From contig JAGVIE010000017.1 in the NCBI GenBank assembly GCA_020056225.1, positions 251 to 64,250 of the forward strand: a stretch of DNA of 64,000 nucleotides, written 5' to 3'. The notes under the pieces were generated by a model. The model did no database searches. It worked only from the letters and a program-made list of their open reading frames with translations, and had not been told where the DNA came from. The position numbers and the translations under genes are program-made. The DNA is from Bacteroidota bacterium. Its GTDB lineage: Bacteria; Bacteroidota; Ignavibacteria; UBA10030; SZUA-254. Shown here one piece after another: positions 1-10,681 of the stretch (positions are counted from its first letter, which is position 1; each line of letters begins with the position of its first letter).

Positions 1-1464
1 CGCATATCCAACAGTAGTAATTACGGTATGTACATTGAAAATTCTAATCCGAAAGTACGTTATAATTTAATAACCCAGAATGAAACTGGTATTTACTGCA
101 TAGGTTCTAATCCAACCATTAAATACGATTCGATAAGGGGCAATTCATCGTTCGGAATCTATAATGAAACTACGACAATCACTATTGATGCAATAAATAA
201 TTGGTGGGGGTATTGTAGTGGTCCTTATCATCCAGTTAACAATTCAGGTGGTCTGGGAGATAGAGTAAGTGATTATGTCAATTTTAATCCTTGGATTTCT
301 TCATCACCATCTTCTCCAAACCTAATATCACCCCCAAATGGTGCCTTAAATGTATCTATAAATCCAACATTAAATTGGGCTACATCGATATGTGCCTTAA
401 AATATCATTTAGAAGTTTCGATTGATTCATCTTTCACATCCATAGTATTTCGTGATACTAATCTTACAACAACAAGTATTCAAATAGGTCCGTTATTGTA
501 CAACTCAAAATATTACTGGCGGATACGAGCAAAGAATAATGAAGGCACGAGCAATTGGTCAGATATATGGTTTTTTAAAACTATTATCGCTCCCCCATCC
601 GTACCAATTCTTGTTTTACCGGTAAATGGAGCAATCAATCAACCAATCACACTGACATTGAAATGGAACACCTCTGTTGATGCAAGTTTATACCGACTAC
701 AGGTAGCGACAAACTCAGCATTCACGACAATAGTTTATGATGACTCAACAATAACGGACACATCAAATCAGGTTGGACCGTTATTTAATAACACGTTGTA
801 CTATTGGCGGGTAAATGCTAAAAATGTTGGAGGTACAAGCGCGTATTCTACATATCGCAATTTCACAACCATTGTGCAATTGCCAAGTCAAGTTTTACTT
901 TTGCTGCCGCTAAACGGAGCGACTGTCAATACTGATAGCGTAAACTGTGTTTGGCAAAAAGGAGTTCCCGCCATCACTGCATATTGGTACGAGAGGGCAA
1001 CGGATTCATTATTTACAATTAACCGGATGATTGATTCTTCATTGATAGATTCATCATACATCACTCACAACCTTGTTAACGGTCAGACATACTGGTGGAT
1101 GGTGAAGGCAAAGAATGCCGCAGGTTGGGGACCATTCAGTGAGAAACGCAAGTTTAATGCTATCATTGTTGCGGTTAACGATGAAAAAGGTCTACCGCTG
1201 AAGTTTAGCCTTGAGCAGAATTATCCTAACCCCTTCAATCCATCGTGTGTTATCCAATATGCACTGCCGGAAAGAAGCCAGGTAATTCTCAAGGTATATA
1301 GTCTGCTCGGTCAAGAGATTGCAACCTTGGTGAGCGAAGACCAGCCTGCAGGATATTACGAGAAGCAATTTGATGCGAATGGACTTCCAAGTGGGATATA
1401 CATTTATCGGATTGCAACATCGAGTGGGTTTATCGATATGAGAAAAATGTTGTTGCTGCGCTAA
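1..1464 (+). CDS. Secreted protein with four tandem Fn3-like repeats and a type-A T9SS C-terminal sorting domain; 5' end lies upstream of the window
   Basis: The frame is open from nt 1, so the track's Met at 28 is internal. A ~90-aa repeat (PxNGAxN...TLxW...YxLQV...SxFTxIVxDD...QVGPLxxNTxYYWRVxAKNxxGTS) occurs four times. The C-terminus reads NYPNPFNPS...GIYIYRIAT...KMLLLR, a typical T9SS CTD. Confidence 0.8.
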   Translation, partial: RISNSSNYGMYIENSNPKVRYNLITQNETGIYCIGSNPTIKYDSIRGNSSFGIYNETTTITIDAINNWWGYCSGPYHPVNNSGGLGDRVSDYVNFNPWISSSPSSPNLISPPNGALNVSINPTLNWATSICALKYHLEVSIDSSFTSIVFRDTNLTTTSIQIGPLLYNSKYYWRIRAKNNEGTSNWSDIWFFKTIIAPPSVPILVLPVNGAINQPITLTLKWNTSVDASLYRLQVATNSAFTTIVYDDSTITDTSNQVGPLFNNTLYYWRVNAKNVGGTSAYSTYRNFTTIVQLPSQVLLLLPLNGATVNTDSVNCVWQKGVPAITAYWYERATDSLFTINRMIDSSLIDSSYITHNLVNGQTYWWMVKAKNAAGWGPFSEKRKFNAIIVAVNDEKGLPLKFSLEQNYPNPFNPSCVIQYALPERSQVILKVYSLLGQEIATLVSEDQPAGYYEKQFDANGLPSGIYIYRIATSSGFIDMRKMLLLR

Positions 1465-1489
1465 AATTTATCTTCCCTACTAATTCAAC

Positions 1490-1528
1490 AAAAAGCCGGT
1501 TCTGTTATTACAGGATCGGCTTTTTTAT
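1490..1528. terminator. Bidirectional rho-independent terminator between two convergent genes
   Basis: Imperfect GC hairpin gccggttctg...caggatcggc, with an A-tract on its 5' side and a T-tract on its 3' side. Confidence 0.5.
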
Positions 1529-2497
1529 TTAACTCATATCCATCATACGCTGAATCGGGATGCGCGCTCTTCTGATGAGGTCATCATCCATTATAATCTC
1601 AGGTGTAAGATTTTTCATGCAGAGATATAATTTATCCATCGTATTCAGTTTCATATACGGGCATTGATTGCATGCACAGCTTTCCTCTGGAGGCGCAGGA
1701 ATGAATATTTTATCAGGACAAGATTTTTCCATCTGGTGAATAATTCCGGTCTCAGTTGCAATGATGAATTCTCCTATCGAGGATTGTTGTACATAGCGTA
1801 ATAATGCACTTGTCGATCCGATGAAGTCCGCTTGATCGAGCACCACCTCTTCACATTCAGGATGAGCTATAATCGCGGCTTTCGGATAAAGAGATTTAAG
1901 GTGAATAAGTTTTTTTGCGCTGAATGTTTCGTGGACGATGCAAGTACCCTGCCATATCAGCATGTCTCTTCCGGTTTTCTTCTTCAAATAGTTGCCGAGG
2001 TTTCGATCCGGTGAAAATAGGATGGGTTTATCTTCAGGAATCTGACGAATAATTTTCTCTGCATTACTGGAAGTACAGATGATATCGCTTAATGCTTTTA
2101 CTTCGGCAGAGCAGTTGATATATGTTATTGCCAAATGCTCAGGATGTTGCTCGCGGAATTTCTTAAACAATGGCGCGGGGCACCCTTCAGCAAGCGAACA
2201 ACCGGCGTTCATATCTGGGATGAGTACCTTTTTTTGAGGACTCAATATCTTTGCAGTCTCAGCCATAAAATGTACGCCTGCGAAGACTATAACATTGGCA
2301 TCTGTTGAGGAAGCGCGACGCGACAACTCCAGACTATCTCCGACGAAATCCGCCATATCCTGGATCTCCGATTCTTGATAATAATGTGCAAGAAGGATTG
2401 CGTTTAATTCTTTTTTAAGACGGATTATCTCATCTTCGATATTTAACGGAATCTCCGTCGTTGATGCGTCAGCGATATTATTAAATTTACCTTGCAT
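1529..2497 (-). CDS. nadA: Quinolinate synthase A
   Basis: Full-length product of NadA size (322 aa). It is cysteine-rich (C..C..C cluster ligands) and carries a conserved HYYQ...[11 protein letters not shown] motif. Confidence 0.85.
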   Translation of the reverse strand: MQGKFNNIADASTTEIPLNIEDEIIRLKKELNAILLAHYYQESEIQDMADFVGDSLELSRRASSTDANVIVFAGVHFMAETAKILSPQKKVLIPDMNAGCSLAEGCPAPLFKKFREQHPEHLAITYINCSAEVKALSDIICTSSNAEKIIRQIPEDKPILFSPDRNLGNYLKKKTGRDMLIWQGTCIVHETFSAKKLIHLKSLYPKAAIIAHPECEEVVLDQADFIGSTSALLRYVQQSSIGEFIIATETGIIHQMEKSCPDKIFIPAPPEESCACNQCPYMKLNTMDKLYLCMKNLTPEIIMDDDLIRRARIPIQRMMDMS

Positions 2498-2589
2498 GTT
2501 ATTTACAAGATACTGAACAGAATCTGAAGAATCAATTTGTAAAATTCATTCATCGGTTCATGAAAGTAAAATAAAAATAGTACAAGAAG

Positions 2590-2787
2590 TTATGGATTCT
2601 TTTCCGGGGCAGATATTTCTGAGTTGTCATTCTTAGGTGTGATATCCTCGAAATCTGCTTCTTCGATGTGAGAAAATCCTTGAATGTCACTTTCTTTATT
2701 CTTGGCGCGCTGTGATATGGTAAGCAATGTTTTGATAACCCTATAAGCAAAATAAATAATTATAAGCCAAAGTATATAACGCAGCAT
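2590..2787 (-). CDS. Small single-pass membrane protein of unknown function
   Basis: 65 aa with an N-terminal hydrophobic helix (ILWLIIIYFAYRVI) and an acidic C-terminus. It overlaps an alternative 66-aa frame, so the call is tentative. Confidence 0.35.
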   Translation of the reverse strand: MLRYILWLIIIYFAYRVIKTLLTISQRAKNKESDIQGFSHIEEADFEDITPKNDNSEISAPEKNP

Positions 2788-2800
2788 TTATATTATCCTA

Positions 2801-3487
2801 TTATTTTAAACTTGCGGGATTATAGTACTCGACAGGCGCCTTGTTGGGTCTGAATATTTCCATCAATAGATCGTCAAATTCCGTTTTGTTGTGTACAAAA
2901 TCGATCTGAGAGGCATTGACTATAAGAAGCGGAGCCGATTTGTAACGGAAGAAGAAATAATTATATGCTTCGTTCAGATCTCGAATGTATTGCTCAGACA
3001 TATTTCTTTCGATCTCTCTTCCACGCTTACGTATATTCTCCATCAGACGATTGACATTGCATTGAAGATATACGACAATATCCGGGGTTGGCACAGAGTG
3101 CTCAATAGTATTGAGAACGCTCTCATAAAGCTTGAGTTCATCGTCTTCGAGGTTCAAGTACGCGAATATTTTATCTTTCTCAAAAATATAATCTGTTACC
3201 AGGAACCTATGAAAGAGATCGGCTTGGATTAAATCTTGTTGTTGTTTGTATCTGTTCAACAAGAAGAATATTTGAGTTTGAAAAGCATACCGGTCAGTAT
3301 CTTCATAAAATTTCGGTAAAAATGGATTTTCTTCGAATTTCTCGAAAACAATTTTTGCCGATAGTTTTTCGCCGAGCAGTTTTGTCAGACTTGTTTTTCC
3401 CGCCCCTATTACGCCTTCGATTGCGATATGACGGAGTTCGGACTGTTCGATTAGAGAGTCAAGTGATTGACGCACAGTATAATCCAT
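2801..3487 (-). CDS. Deoxynucleoside kinase (dAK/dGK/dCK family)
   Basis: P-loop IAIEGVIGAGKTSL, ERS-like and DRY-like motifs, length 228 aa. Confidence 0.8.
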   Translation of the reverse strand: MDYTVRQSLDSLIEQSELRHIAIEGVIGAGKTSLTKLLGEKLSAKIVFEKFEENPFLPKFYEDTDRYAFQTQIFFLLNRYKQQQDLIQADLFHRFLVTDYIFEKDKIFAYLNLEDDELKLYESVLNTIEHSVPTPDIVVYLQCNVNRLMENIRKRGREIERNMSEQYIRDLNEAYNYFFFRYKSAPLLIVNASQIDFVHNKTEFDDLLMEIFRPNKAPVEYYNPASLK

Positions 3488-3993
3488 TAATTAATAGTTG
3501 AATAATTTATCTGATATTCTGTTCGAGTAACCTTGTGAGTATCATGACAGTTTCTTAATAAGGTTGCAATAGTTTTCTCTAAAGTAGGATGAACGGCGGC
3601 CGGCGCGATTTCAGCTAAGGGTTCCAGCACGAATCGTCTGTATTCCATCCTCGGATGCGGCACGCAAACATAACTATCTTCATAGGCAACTCCGCGGTAC
3701 ATCAGTATGTCCAAATCGATTATCCTTGGCTCGCCGTGCGATGGTAATTTTCTTCCCATCTTTTTTTCTATTTTTTTTAACATCGTCAATAGTAATGGAG
3801 CATCATGGGGTGTTTCAATCGCGATGACCATATTAAAATATGTTGTCTCGCTCACCGTATCGACCGATTCAGTTTCATAGACAGATGAAATCGCAGGTAT
3901 GTTTGCTATGGAACGAATCTCATCGACCGCCCGTGAGAGGTTATCCAGTCGATCACCACGATTTGAGCCTATTCCTATAAATACTTGATACAT
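3487..3993 (-). CDS. folK: 2-amino-4-hydroxy-6-hydroxymethyldihydropteridine pyrophosphokinase (HPPK)
   Basis: N-terminal IGIGSNRGDRL and a conserved HPRMxxRxFVLxPL motif, 168 aa. Confidence 0.85.
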   Translation of the reverse strand: MYQVFIGIGSNRGDRLDNLSRAVDEIRSIANIPAISSVYETESVDTVSETTYFNMVIAIETPHDAPLLLTMLKKIEKKMGRKLPSHGEPRIIDLDILMYRGVAYEDSYVCVPHPRMEYRRFVLEPLAEIAPAAVHPTLEKTIATLLRNCHDTHKVTRTEYQINYSTIN

Positions 3994-3996
3994 ACT

Positions 3997-4368
3997 CTAC
4001 CTGCTTGGCTCCGTTATTTCAACTTCTACAAAATCAACTACACCCTTTACCGGTGGATGCGGTTTTCGCACCGTTACAGTAATAATATCGATAGCCGCAA
4101 ACTTGCTTTTTAATTCTTTCGCTATCGTTCTCGCAAGAGTTTCTAACAGATAGTATTTCTTCTGAGTAACCGTTTTCTGAATTATCGTATATACAGCTTC
4201 GTAATCTATAGTATTTTTTAGATTATCAGTCTCGGTAGCAGGAATAAAATCTCCCCGGATTTCGACATCGACCTCGAATTTTCCGCCAAGATTTTGCTCA
4301 TCACTGGCAACGCCGTGATAAGCGTAAAATGATGCATTCTTTATTCTGATTATATCCTGCTGTGACAT
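3997..4368 (-). CDS. folB: Dihydroneopterin aldolase
   Basis: 123 aa with YHGVxxxExxxGQxFxVD-like motifs. It is immediately adjacent to folK. Confidence 0.8.
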   Translation of the reverse strand: MSQQDIIRIKNASFYAYHGVASDEQNLGGKFEVDVEIRGDFIPATETDNLKNTIDYEAVYTIIQKTVTQKKYYLLETLARTIAKELKSKFAAIDIITVTVRKPHPPVKGVVDFVEVEITEPSR

Positions 4369-4454
4369 GTTTTTTCGGAACTTTGCAAAATATATGGCTT
4401 TCTAAGATGATAGTCAAGAGTATTATTATTTAAATTCTCTCTCCTCATCTGGAT

Positions 4455-6158
4455 TTAGGATTTCTCAATTTTCGCCCATGTATCACGAAGTGATACAGTC
4501 CTGTTGAATATAGGTCTCTCAATAGAAGAATCATAGTCGACACAAAAATAACCGAGCCGCTCAAACTGATAGCGATTCTCCGGTTTTGCTCCAGCTAGAT
4601 TTATTTCCAATCGACAGTTGTTTAATATTTCAAGCGAGTTTTTGTTGAGAGAATTTTTCCAGTCATCACCGCCGGGATCTTCAACTGAAAAAAGCCTGTC
4701 GTATAATCTAACTTCAGCGTTAAGAGCTTGATTAACCGATACCCAGTGAATTGTTCCTTTGACTTTTCGCTGACTTTGTGACGAACCGCTCTTCGTTTCA
4801 GGATCGTATGTACAATGAACCTCCACAATTTCGCCTGTCTTGTCATCCTTAACTACCTTCACACATTTAATAATGTATGCGTATCGTAATCTGACTTCAT
4901 TTCCGGGCGAAAGACGGAAATATTTGTTCGGCGGAACTTCACGGAAGTCATCCTGCTCGATATATATTTCTCTTGAGAAAGGAATCTTCCGGGATCCCAT
5001 TGCCGGGTCTTCCGGATTATTAACGGCATCGAGTTCTTCTACGGTATCGGGATAATTATCGATTATTACTTTTAGAGGACGCAATACTGCCATAACACGC
5101 ATGGCTCGTTTGTTCAGGTCGTTACGCAGACTATCTTCAAGAAGAGCAACATCGATCATGTTTTCCCTTTTAGCCACTCCTATCCGATCTGCAAAATGCA
5201 GGAGTGATTCAGGAGTGTAGCCTCTACGTCTCAATCCGGTAATTGTCGGCATGCGGGGATCGTTCCAACCTGTAACATGTCCTTCTTCAACAAGCTGTAA
5301 GAGTCTTCGCTTACTCATCACGGTGTAGCTTAAATTCAATCTGGCAAATTCAATTTGCTGAGGATGATGAATCCCGAGTTGTTCAATGAACCAATCATAA
5401 AGCGGACGGTGATCTTCAAATTCAAGTGTGCATATCGAGTGTGTAATCCCTTCGATAGAATCTGATTGACCATGAGCCCAATCGTACATCGGATAGATGC
5501 ACCAGTTATCGCCTGTACGATGATGAGTTGCACGCAGTATACGATACATGATTGGATCTCGCATGTTAACATTGGGCGATGTCATATCTATCTTAGCCCG
5601 GAGAGTGCGCAAACCGTCGGGGAATTCACCGTTACGCATACGAGTAAATAAATCCAGATTCTCTTCAACTATTCGGTTTCTGTAAGGGCTTTCCTTGCCA
5701 GGTTGTGTAAGTGTACCTCTGTATTCTCTTATCTCCTCACCTGTCAGATCGCAGACGTATGCTTTTCCTTTTTTGATTAATGATATGGCATAATCGTAAA
5801 GTTGCTGAAAATAATCGGATGCATAGTATTCCCGATCCTGCCACTCGAAACCAAGCCACCTTACATCTTCTTTTATCGATTCAACATATTCAAGTTCTTC
5901 TTTGCTCGGATTAGTATCGTCGAATCTTAAATTGCATAATCCGTAGTAGTCACGTGCGATACCGAAATTTAAACATATCGATTTAGCATGACCGATATGC
6001 AGATAACCATTCGGCTCAGGAGGAAATCGCGTATGAACTCTCCCGCTGTTTTTGTTCATCTTTAAATCTTCATCAATAATCTCCCTGATAAAGTTTACCG
6101 GCTTCGGTCCATCGATATTTTTTTCGTCCAACTGTCTATCAGTGCCGTTCGTACTCAT
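4455..6158 (-). CDS. glnS: Glutaminyl-tRNA synthetase
   Basis: Class I HIGH motif ([18 protein letters not shown]), a VMSKR (KMSKS-type) motif, and the GlnRS-specific N-terminal region. Length 567 aa. Confidence 0.85.
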   Translation of the reverse strand: MSTNGTDRQLDEKNIDGPKPVNFIREIIDEDLKMNKNSGRVHTRFPPEPNGYLHIGHAKSICLNFGIARDYYGLCNLRFDDTNPSKEELEYVESIKEDVRWLGFEWQDREYYASDYFQQLYDYAISLIKKGKAYVCDLTGEEIREYRGTLTQPGKESPYRNRIVEENLDLFTRMRNGEFPDGLRTLRAKIDMTSPNVNMRDPIMYRILRATHHRTGDNWCIYPMYDWAHGQSDSIEGITHSICTLEFEDHRPLYDWFIEQLGIHHPQQIEFARLNLSYTVMSKRRLLQLVEEGHVTGWNDPRMPTITGLRRRGYTPESLLHFADRIGVAKRENMIDVALLEDSLRNDLNKRAMRVMAVLRPLKVIIDNYPDTVEELDAVNNPEDPAMGSRKIPFSREIYIEQDDFREVPPNKYFRLSPGNEVRLRYAYIIKCVKVVKDDKTGEIVEVHCTYDPETKSGSSQSQRKVKGTIHWVSVNQALNAEVRLYDRLFSVEDPGGDDWKNSLNKNSLEILNNCRLEINLAGAKPENRYQFERLGYFCVDYDSSIERPIFNRTVSLRDTWAKIEKS

Positions 6159-7615
6159 TATTTGATTCTTTCAATCGCAGTGTAAATTCTTTTTATGCTT
6201 TCTTCTTTGCCTAATATAAATAAAATATCATATAAACCCGGACCTCCACCCACACCTGAGAGAGCTAGCCTTAGTGAGTGAATAAGTTTACCGTTTCCTA
6301 CTCCACATGTCTCTGCCGCTTTGTGTAATGCTTTCTCATAATCGTCCTTTGAGGGAGTATTCAATCGTGAATATTCTTCAGCCAGAGTTCTCAAATAATT
6401 GGGTGTATCTTCCTCCCATCTTTTCTTGATAACTTCCTGATCGTACGACTCAGGTGGTTCAAAAAAGTATGGACTGTTTTCGATTATGTCTTTCACAAAA
6501 GAGATACGCGGACGCATCGCCTCGATGATTAGAAGTAATGTATCATCCGCAAGCGAATGATTTGAATATTTAGATTTGGTAAGGAGGTCTTTAAGAATAC
6601 GCAGTACTTCCCTATCGTCTTTCTTTCTTAGATGCTCGAAATTGAACGCGTTCAACTTCTCGATGTTGAACACTGCTCCCGCCTTATTAACAGCATCGAT
6701 TGAAAATAGTTCAACTAATTCATCGAGTGAAAATATTTCCTGTTCAATACCAGGATTCCAGCCAAGGAGTGCTACAAAATTCACAAGCGATTCAGACAAG
6801 TATCCTTTTGAACGGTAATCTTCAACGGCAACATCACCTTGCCGCTTGCTCAGTTTAGATTTATCGGGATTAAGGAGTAAGGGCAAATGCGCGAAGACCG
6901 GCTTCTCCCAACCGAATGCATCATAAAGCAAAACATGTTTCGGTGTGGATGGGAGCCATTCTTCACCCCGGATAACATGACTGATTTTCATCAGATGATC
7001 GTCGATGACATTGGCTAAATGATATGTCGGGTAACCGTCGCCTTTTAACAGTACCTGATCATCGAGCAGATTACTGTCGAATTCTACTTTGCCGCGAATG
7101 ATATCTTCGACTATAACTTTCTTGTCGATTTCGATATTCAATCGTACAACATGCGGCAGATTGTTCTTTAGCTTTTCCTCAATCTCGTTTTGCGTAAGAT
7201 GCAGACAAAGCTTATCGTACTTGGTCTGTTGATTGACCTTTTGTTGTGAGTCGCGAAGTTCAGTGATTCTTTCCGGAGTGCAGAAGCAATAGTATGCTTT
7301 TTTCAGCTCAATTAGAATTTGTATATGCTTTTTATAAATCTCCAACCGTTCCGATTGAATGTAAGATCCGTAATTTCCACCCAATTGGGGACCTTCGTCA
7401 TAATCTAACCCGCACCATTTCAACGTGACGATTAGATTTTCAACTGCTCCTTCCACATAGCGGGCGCGGTCGGTATCTTCTATCCGAAGAACAAAAACAC
7501 CACCGTTCTTTCTTGCAAAAAGATAATTGTACAATGCAGTCCGCAAGCCGCCGACATGGAGATAGCCGGTAGGGCTTGGAGCAAAACGAACTCGTATTTG
7601 ATTAAGATAACTCAT
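6158..7615 (-). CDS. gltX: Glutamyl-tRNA synthetase
   Basis: [25 protein letters not shown] motif and KLSKR motif, 485 aa. Its stop codon overlaps the glnS start codon (TAATG). Confidence 0.9.
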   Translation of the reverse strand: MSYLNQIRVRFAPSPTGYLHVGGLRTALYNYLFARKNGGVFVLRIEDTDRARYVEGAVENLIVTLKWCGLDYDEGPQLGGNYGSYIQSERLEIYKKHIQILIELKKAYYCFCTPERITELRDSQQKVNQQTKYDKLCLHLTQNEIEEKLKNNLPHVVRLNIEIDKKVIVEDIIRGKVEFDSNLLDDQVLLKGDGYPTYHLANVIDDHLMKISHVIRGEEWLPSTPKHVLLYDAFGWEKPVFAHLPLLLNPDKSKLSKRQGDVAVEDYRSKGYLSESLVNFVALLGWNPGIEQEIFSLDELVELFSIDAVNKAGAVFNIEKLNAFNFEHLRKKDDREVLRILKDLLTKSKYSNHSLADDTLLLIIEAMRPRISFVKDIIENSPYFFEPPESYDQEVIKKRWEEDTPNYLRTLAEEYSRLNTPSKDDYEKALHKAAETCGVGNGKLIHSLRLALSGVGGGPGLYDILFILGKEESIKRIYTAIERIK

Positions 7616-7618
7616 AGA

Positions 7619-7645
7619 ATAAAAAAAATCCCCGTTTGTGGGGAT
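7619..7645 (-). terminator. Rho-independent terminator downstream of tRNA-Ser
   Basis: Minus-strand hairpin ATCCCCACAAACGGGGAT followed by a T8 run. Confidence 0.6.
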
Positions 7646-7672
7646 GAAGCGAGATGAATAAATTCATTAAAG

Positions 7673-7762
7673 CGGAGAGGGAGAGATTTGAACTCTCGGT
7701 ACAAGTTGACCCCGTACGGCGGTTTAGCAAACCGCTGGTTTAAGCCACTCACCCACCTCTCC
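7673..7762 (-). tRNA. tRNA-Ser (anticodon GCT), type II with a long variable arm
   Basis: The reverse complement folds as GGAGAGG acceptor stem, anticodon stem GCGGT/ACCGC with loop TTGCTAA (anticodon GCT), a long variable arm, and a GTTCAAATC T-loop. The 3' acceptor strand pairs with the 5' strand. Confidence 0.8.
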
Positions 7763-7846
7763 GTGGATGTAACTTATAAAAAATCTTTTTTAATGTACTA
7801 ATTTATCAATTGAGTTGCAAGACTCTTGCTAATTTAGCAATTAATA

Positions 7847-8371
7847 TTAGTCTTCAATTTCTTCTCGAAACTCAAGCTCAGGCGTGAATATCCTGAATTT
7901 ACGTGTCCAGTGTTCTCTTCGATTCGTAGTCAGCGTGATCCGCAGTGAATCGTATTTCCAATCGGTTGCCATTGTGTCTTTTAAGGGATAACCGTATTTT
8001 TGTCTGACATTTTTCTCAAGATTGTTGAATTCGAAATCGAGGAGTTGTGAATAATAGACATGGAATACTTTCAGCTTATCATCCCGAAAAATTAACTTAA
8101 TTCTATCTATGCTGCGTAAATTGCCGGTTCTTTGTTGAGCTGGCAATATCCATAAACAAGTATCGCTGTTACTGTTAACCGGCGAGCATTTTAGAGCTGG
8201 GATGATCGCAAGTGCCTGGTCTTTGCTAAGGTATAGACGGATTCCGTTGAAATTGATTTCATGCGGCGGAATATTCCTGTGACCGGATGAACATCCAGCT
8301 ACAAATAATAAGAATAAACTTCCAGCCACTATAAACAAAATATAACTAACCCGCAATCCTGCCATTATCAA
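7847..8371 (-). CDS. Lipoprotein of unknown function
   Basis: Signal peptide with lipobox (LFLLFVAGCSS), 174 aa. Co-directional with and abutting the upstream gene. Confidence 0.55.
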   Translation of the reverse strand: MIMAGLRVSYILFIVAGSLFLLFVAGCSSGHRNIPPHEINFNGIRLYLSKDQALAIIPALKCSPVNSNSDTCLWILPAQQRTGNLRSIDRIKLIFRDDKLKVFHVYYSQLLDFEFNNLEKNVRQKYGYPLKDTMATDWKYDSLRITLTTNRREHWTRKFRIFTPELEFREEIED

Positions 8372-9466
8372 TTAGTTCCCCGCTTTTTGTTTCGCTTCCT
8401 TGAATCGTTGTAGTTGCTTCCAATATTCATCGTTGGTCGGATCTTTAGTTACAAGCTCCGCCTCTATCGCAACAGCTTCGGTATAATGCTTCAGCCGAAA
8501 AAAACATTCCGCCATTGTATCCAGATAAGATAACTGACCGGGAGCCAGCCTGACTGCGCGTTTGGCAAGTTCCAATGCCCGCTCGTAATCGATTTCATTT
8601 GTGGCGAGGATCCATGCGATGTTGTTCAATAAAGCAGGATCGTCGGGTTTCAGGCGCAATTGAATATTAAGCTCCTCCGTCAATCTTTTTTTCTCTTCAT
8701 CTGCCCGAATGAATTTCTTTTTCCTGTTCAATTCAGCGATCATCCTCAGACGGGCATCGAACAAAAATGTTTCCTTCCATAGGTTGTATATTCTTCGCAG
8801 TTCTACGAGTGGCAAAGAATCGTCATCGACACGGATATCGACCATCTTGTCATTGAATCCTCCATAACCGCCTTTATCCTGCACAACGAGAAGCGCGGCG
8901 GATTGTCTGCCCCGTTTATCTCCGCCTGCTTTTTCTCCTGCATCAAGAGCGTTTAGCAACCGATCGGCAAGATCGCCGGGGGAATTTTCAAATGTTCTTG
9001 CCATTGCTACAATAACTTCTCTTCCGGCAAGAATATTGCCTTGCACTGTGTAAGTGTAGCCGTAAAGATGTCCCGCGTAATTATTACAACCCGGACCTGT
9101 GAAAGCGAAAGAGTTTCCGTGCGCATCGATAACTCCTAATTGTCTGTATTCTGCACTTGTATCCTCTCGTATCAGTTGTTCTACGGTTTGTTGTGCAGTC
9201 TCGCCGCTTTCAAGAAGTTCCAATCCTCTGGGTCCGAATGTAGTATTGGCAAAAGCTTGTGTAGCAATCGCGCCAACGCCTGCTTTTGCATAAGGAACGA
9301 CCGCCCCAACGCCAAGAAATTTGGATTGTACGGCTACACCTAAATCACCCGTGGATGAATCCCATGCTACTATGGAATATGTTGCAACAACCGATGACGT
9401 TTCCTTCGGCTGAGCAATTAGAAGTAGCTGGCAAAAGAATATTAGTGATAAGATTGATTTAATCAT
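8372..9466 (-). CDS. Secreted DUF1028-like (Ntn-hydrolase-fold) protein with a C-terminal TPR-like helical region
   Basis: Signal peptide followed by SIVAWDSSTGDLGVAVQSKFLGVGAVVPYAKAGVGAIATQ, which is a DUF1028-type N-terminus. The C-terminal ~110 aa is helical and TPR-like. Confidence 0.55.
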   Translation of the reverse strand: MIKSILSLIFFCQLLLIAQPKETSSVVATYSIVAWDSSTGDLGVAVQSKFLGVGAVVPYAKAGVGAIATQAFANTTFGPRGLELLESGETAQQTVEQLIREDTSAEYRQLGVIDAHGNSFAFTGPGCNNYAGHLYGYTYTVQGNILAGREVIVAMARTFENSPGDLADRLLNALDAGEKAGGDKRGRQSAALLVVQDKGGYGGFNDKMVDIRVDDDSLPLVELRRIYNLWKETFLFDARLRMIAELNRKKKFIRADEEKKRLTEELNIQLRLKPDDPALLNNIAWILATNEIDYERALELAKRAVRLAPGQLSYLDTMAECFFRLKHYTEAVAIEAELVTKDPTNDEYWKQLQRFKEAKQKAGN

Positions 9467-9576
9467 CGAAGTTCAATCAATATTAATAGAATATTTTCCT
9501 GTTATGGAAAGGAATTATCTTCAATAAAATAAAAAAAGATTTTGATGACTTAGATGAATCTTTACATTTAAGATAA

Positions 9577-10674
9577 TTATTTATCGGTAGAGAGCCGGAA
9601 TCGCCGGATCATATCGTTGCCGCTGTCGGCGATATACAATGTCTTGACTTTGAATGCAACACCTTTCGGATTTTTCAAAGGCGGTCTATCTAATAACTTC
9701 AAGGCAGCCGCTCCGAAAGATTCGGATTTGAAATTCCCTCTCCGATCGAATTTTACCAATGAATCCAGTTTGCTATCTATGATAAATATGTCTGCATACG
9801 ATCCACCAATTACCGGCGCTGACGGTTCGACAAAGCGGTTCGGCTTAATGAAATCGCGATACTTTTCTTCCGGTTTAGTTGGATTGAACTTCGGATTCCA
9901 CCCTTCATCGGGGAGTTTCGTATAGACCATCCACAGCGCACAGTACGGCATAGTACCATTAACTGAGCTTTGAGTTAACACAAAATCGTTGCTGTTCGGG
10001 AACATTGCAATGCCAGTCGGTCTGAGGATATCCGTTATCCCGGATCCGGCACGGGTCGTCAGATCACTTAGGGTCGTGATTTTATTGTCGTTCTTATCGA
10101 ACCAAATCACTTTACTATCCGGATCTATAAAGCTTGAATTATCAGGACCGTCGCACGCTACAAAATATTGGTTCTCAAGCAATACGCCAATACCGGTGAA
10201 TCTCCTGTTAGGTTTTGACGGCTCAATCCATACTGTTTCAATCTGTGCCTGAGCGAGATGATGTGCCGCCTCATAGAGATGTATCCTAAATATAGCGCCT
10301 ATCGTATCGCCTGAAGCGGGATAATATATTTCCCCCGATACTAAAAGATCGAGCCGAAGATCCTGCGCTATAGCTATGGGTTGTAAAATCTCACGAGTTT
10401 CCAGAATGATCCCGGCTTCATTCATCTGGACAAGTCTATTGTTATTCTTATCGGCTATGTAAAGCAGTTGATCGTTGCCTGCGAGAATTGCGGTAGGATT
10501 ATTAAAGCCAGTAAATGAGGGCGTGATTTCAACGTATGAAGTATCGTTTACGCTGTTGTACGAAACACTAACCAATTTATTTATCGGATATTTCTCGTCT
10601 CCGGTACATCCGGTAATCAATAAAAGAAAAATTAGAATTGATATTATCGTTATATATGACTGCTTGATCTTCAT
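9577..10674 (-). CDS. NHL-repeat beta-propeller lipoprotein
   Basis: Lipobox LITGCTGD and repeated LYIAD..NNRLV / LYIADSGNDMIRRF NHL-like motifs. Confidence 0.55.
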   Translation of the reverse strand: MKIKQSYITIISILIFLLLITGCTGDEKYPINKLVSVSYNSVNDTSYVEITPSFTGFNNPTAILAGNDQLLYIADKNNNRLVQMNEAGIILETREILQPIAIAQDLRLDLLVSGEIYYPASGDTIGAIFRIHLYEAAHHLAQAQIETVWIEPSKPNRRFTGIGVLLENQYFVACDGPDNSSFIDPDSKVIWFDKNDNKITTLSDLTTRAGSGITDILRPTGIAMFPNSNDFVLTQSSVNGTMPYCALWMVYTKLPDEGWNPKFNPTKPEEKYRDFIKPNRFVEPSAPVIGGSYADIFIIDSKLDSLVKFDRRGNFKSESFGAAALKLLDRPPLKNPKGVAFKVKTLYIADSGNDMIRRFRLSTDK

Positions 10675-10681
10675 AAATCAT

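Noticed and set aside
2550-2750. A 66-aa minus-strand ORF overlapping the 65-aa membrane-protein ORF.
   Set aside because: It overlaps in a different frame. The product is basic and low-complexity, with no membrane or motif support. The 2590-2787 frame is retained, though only tentatively.
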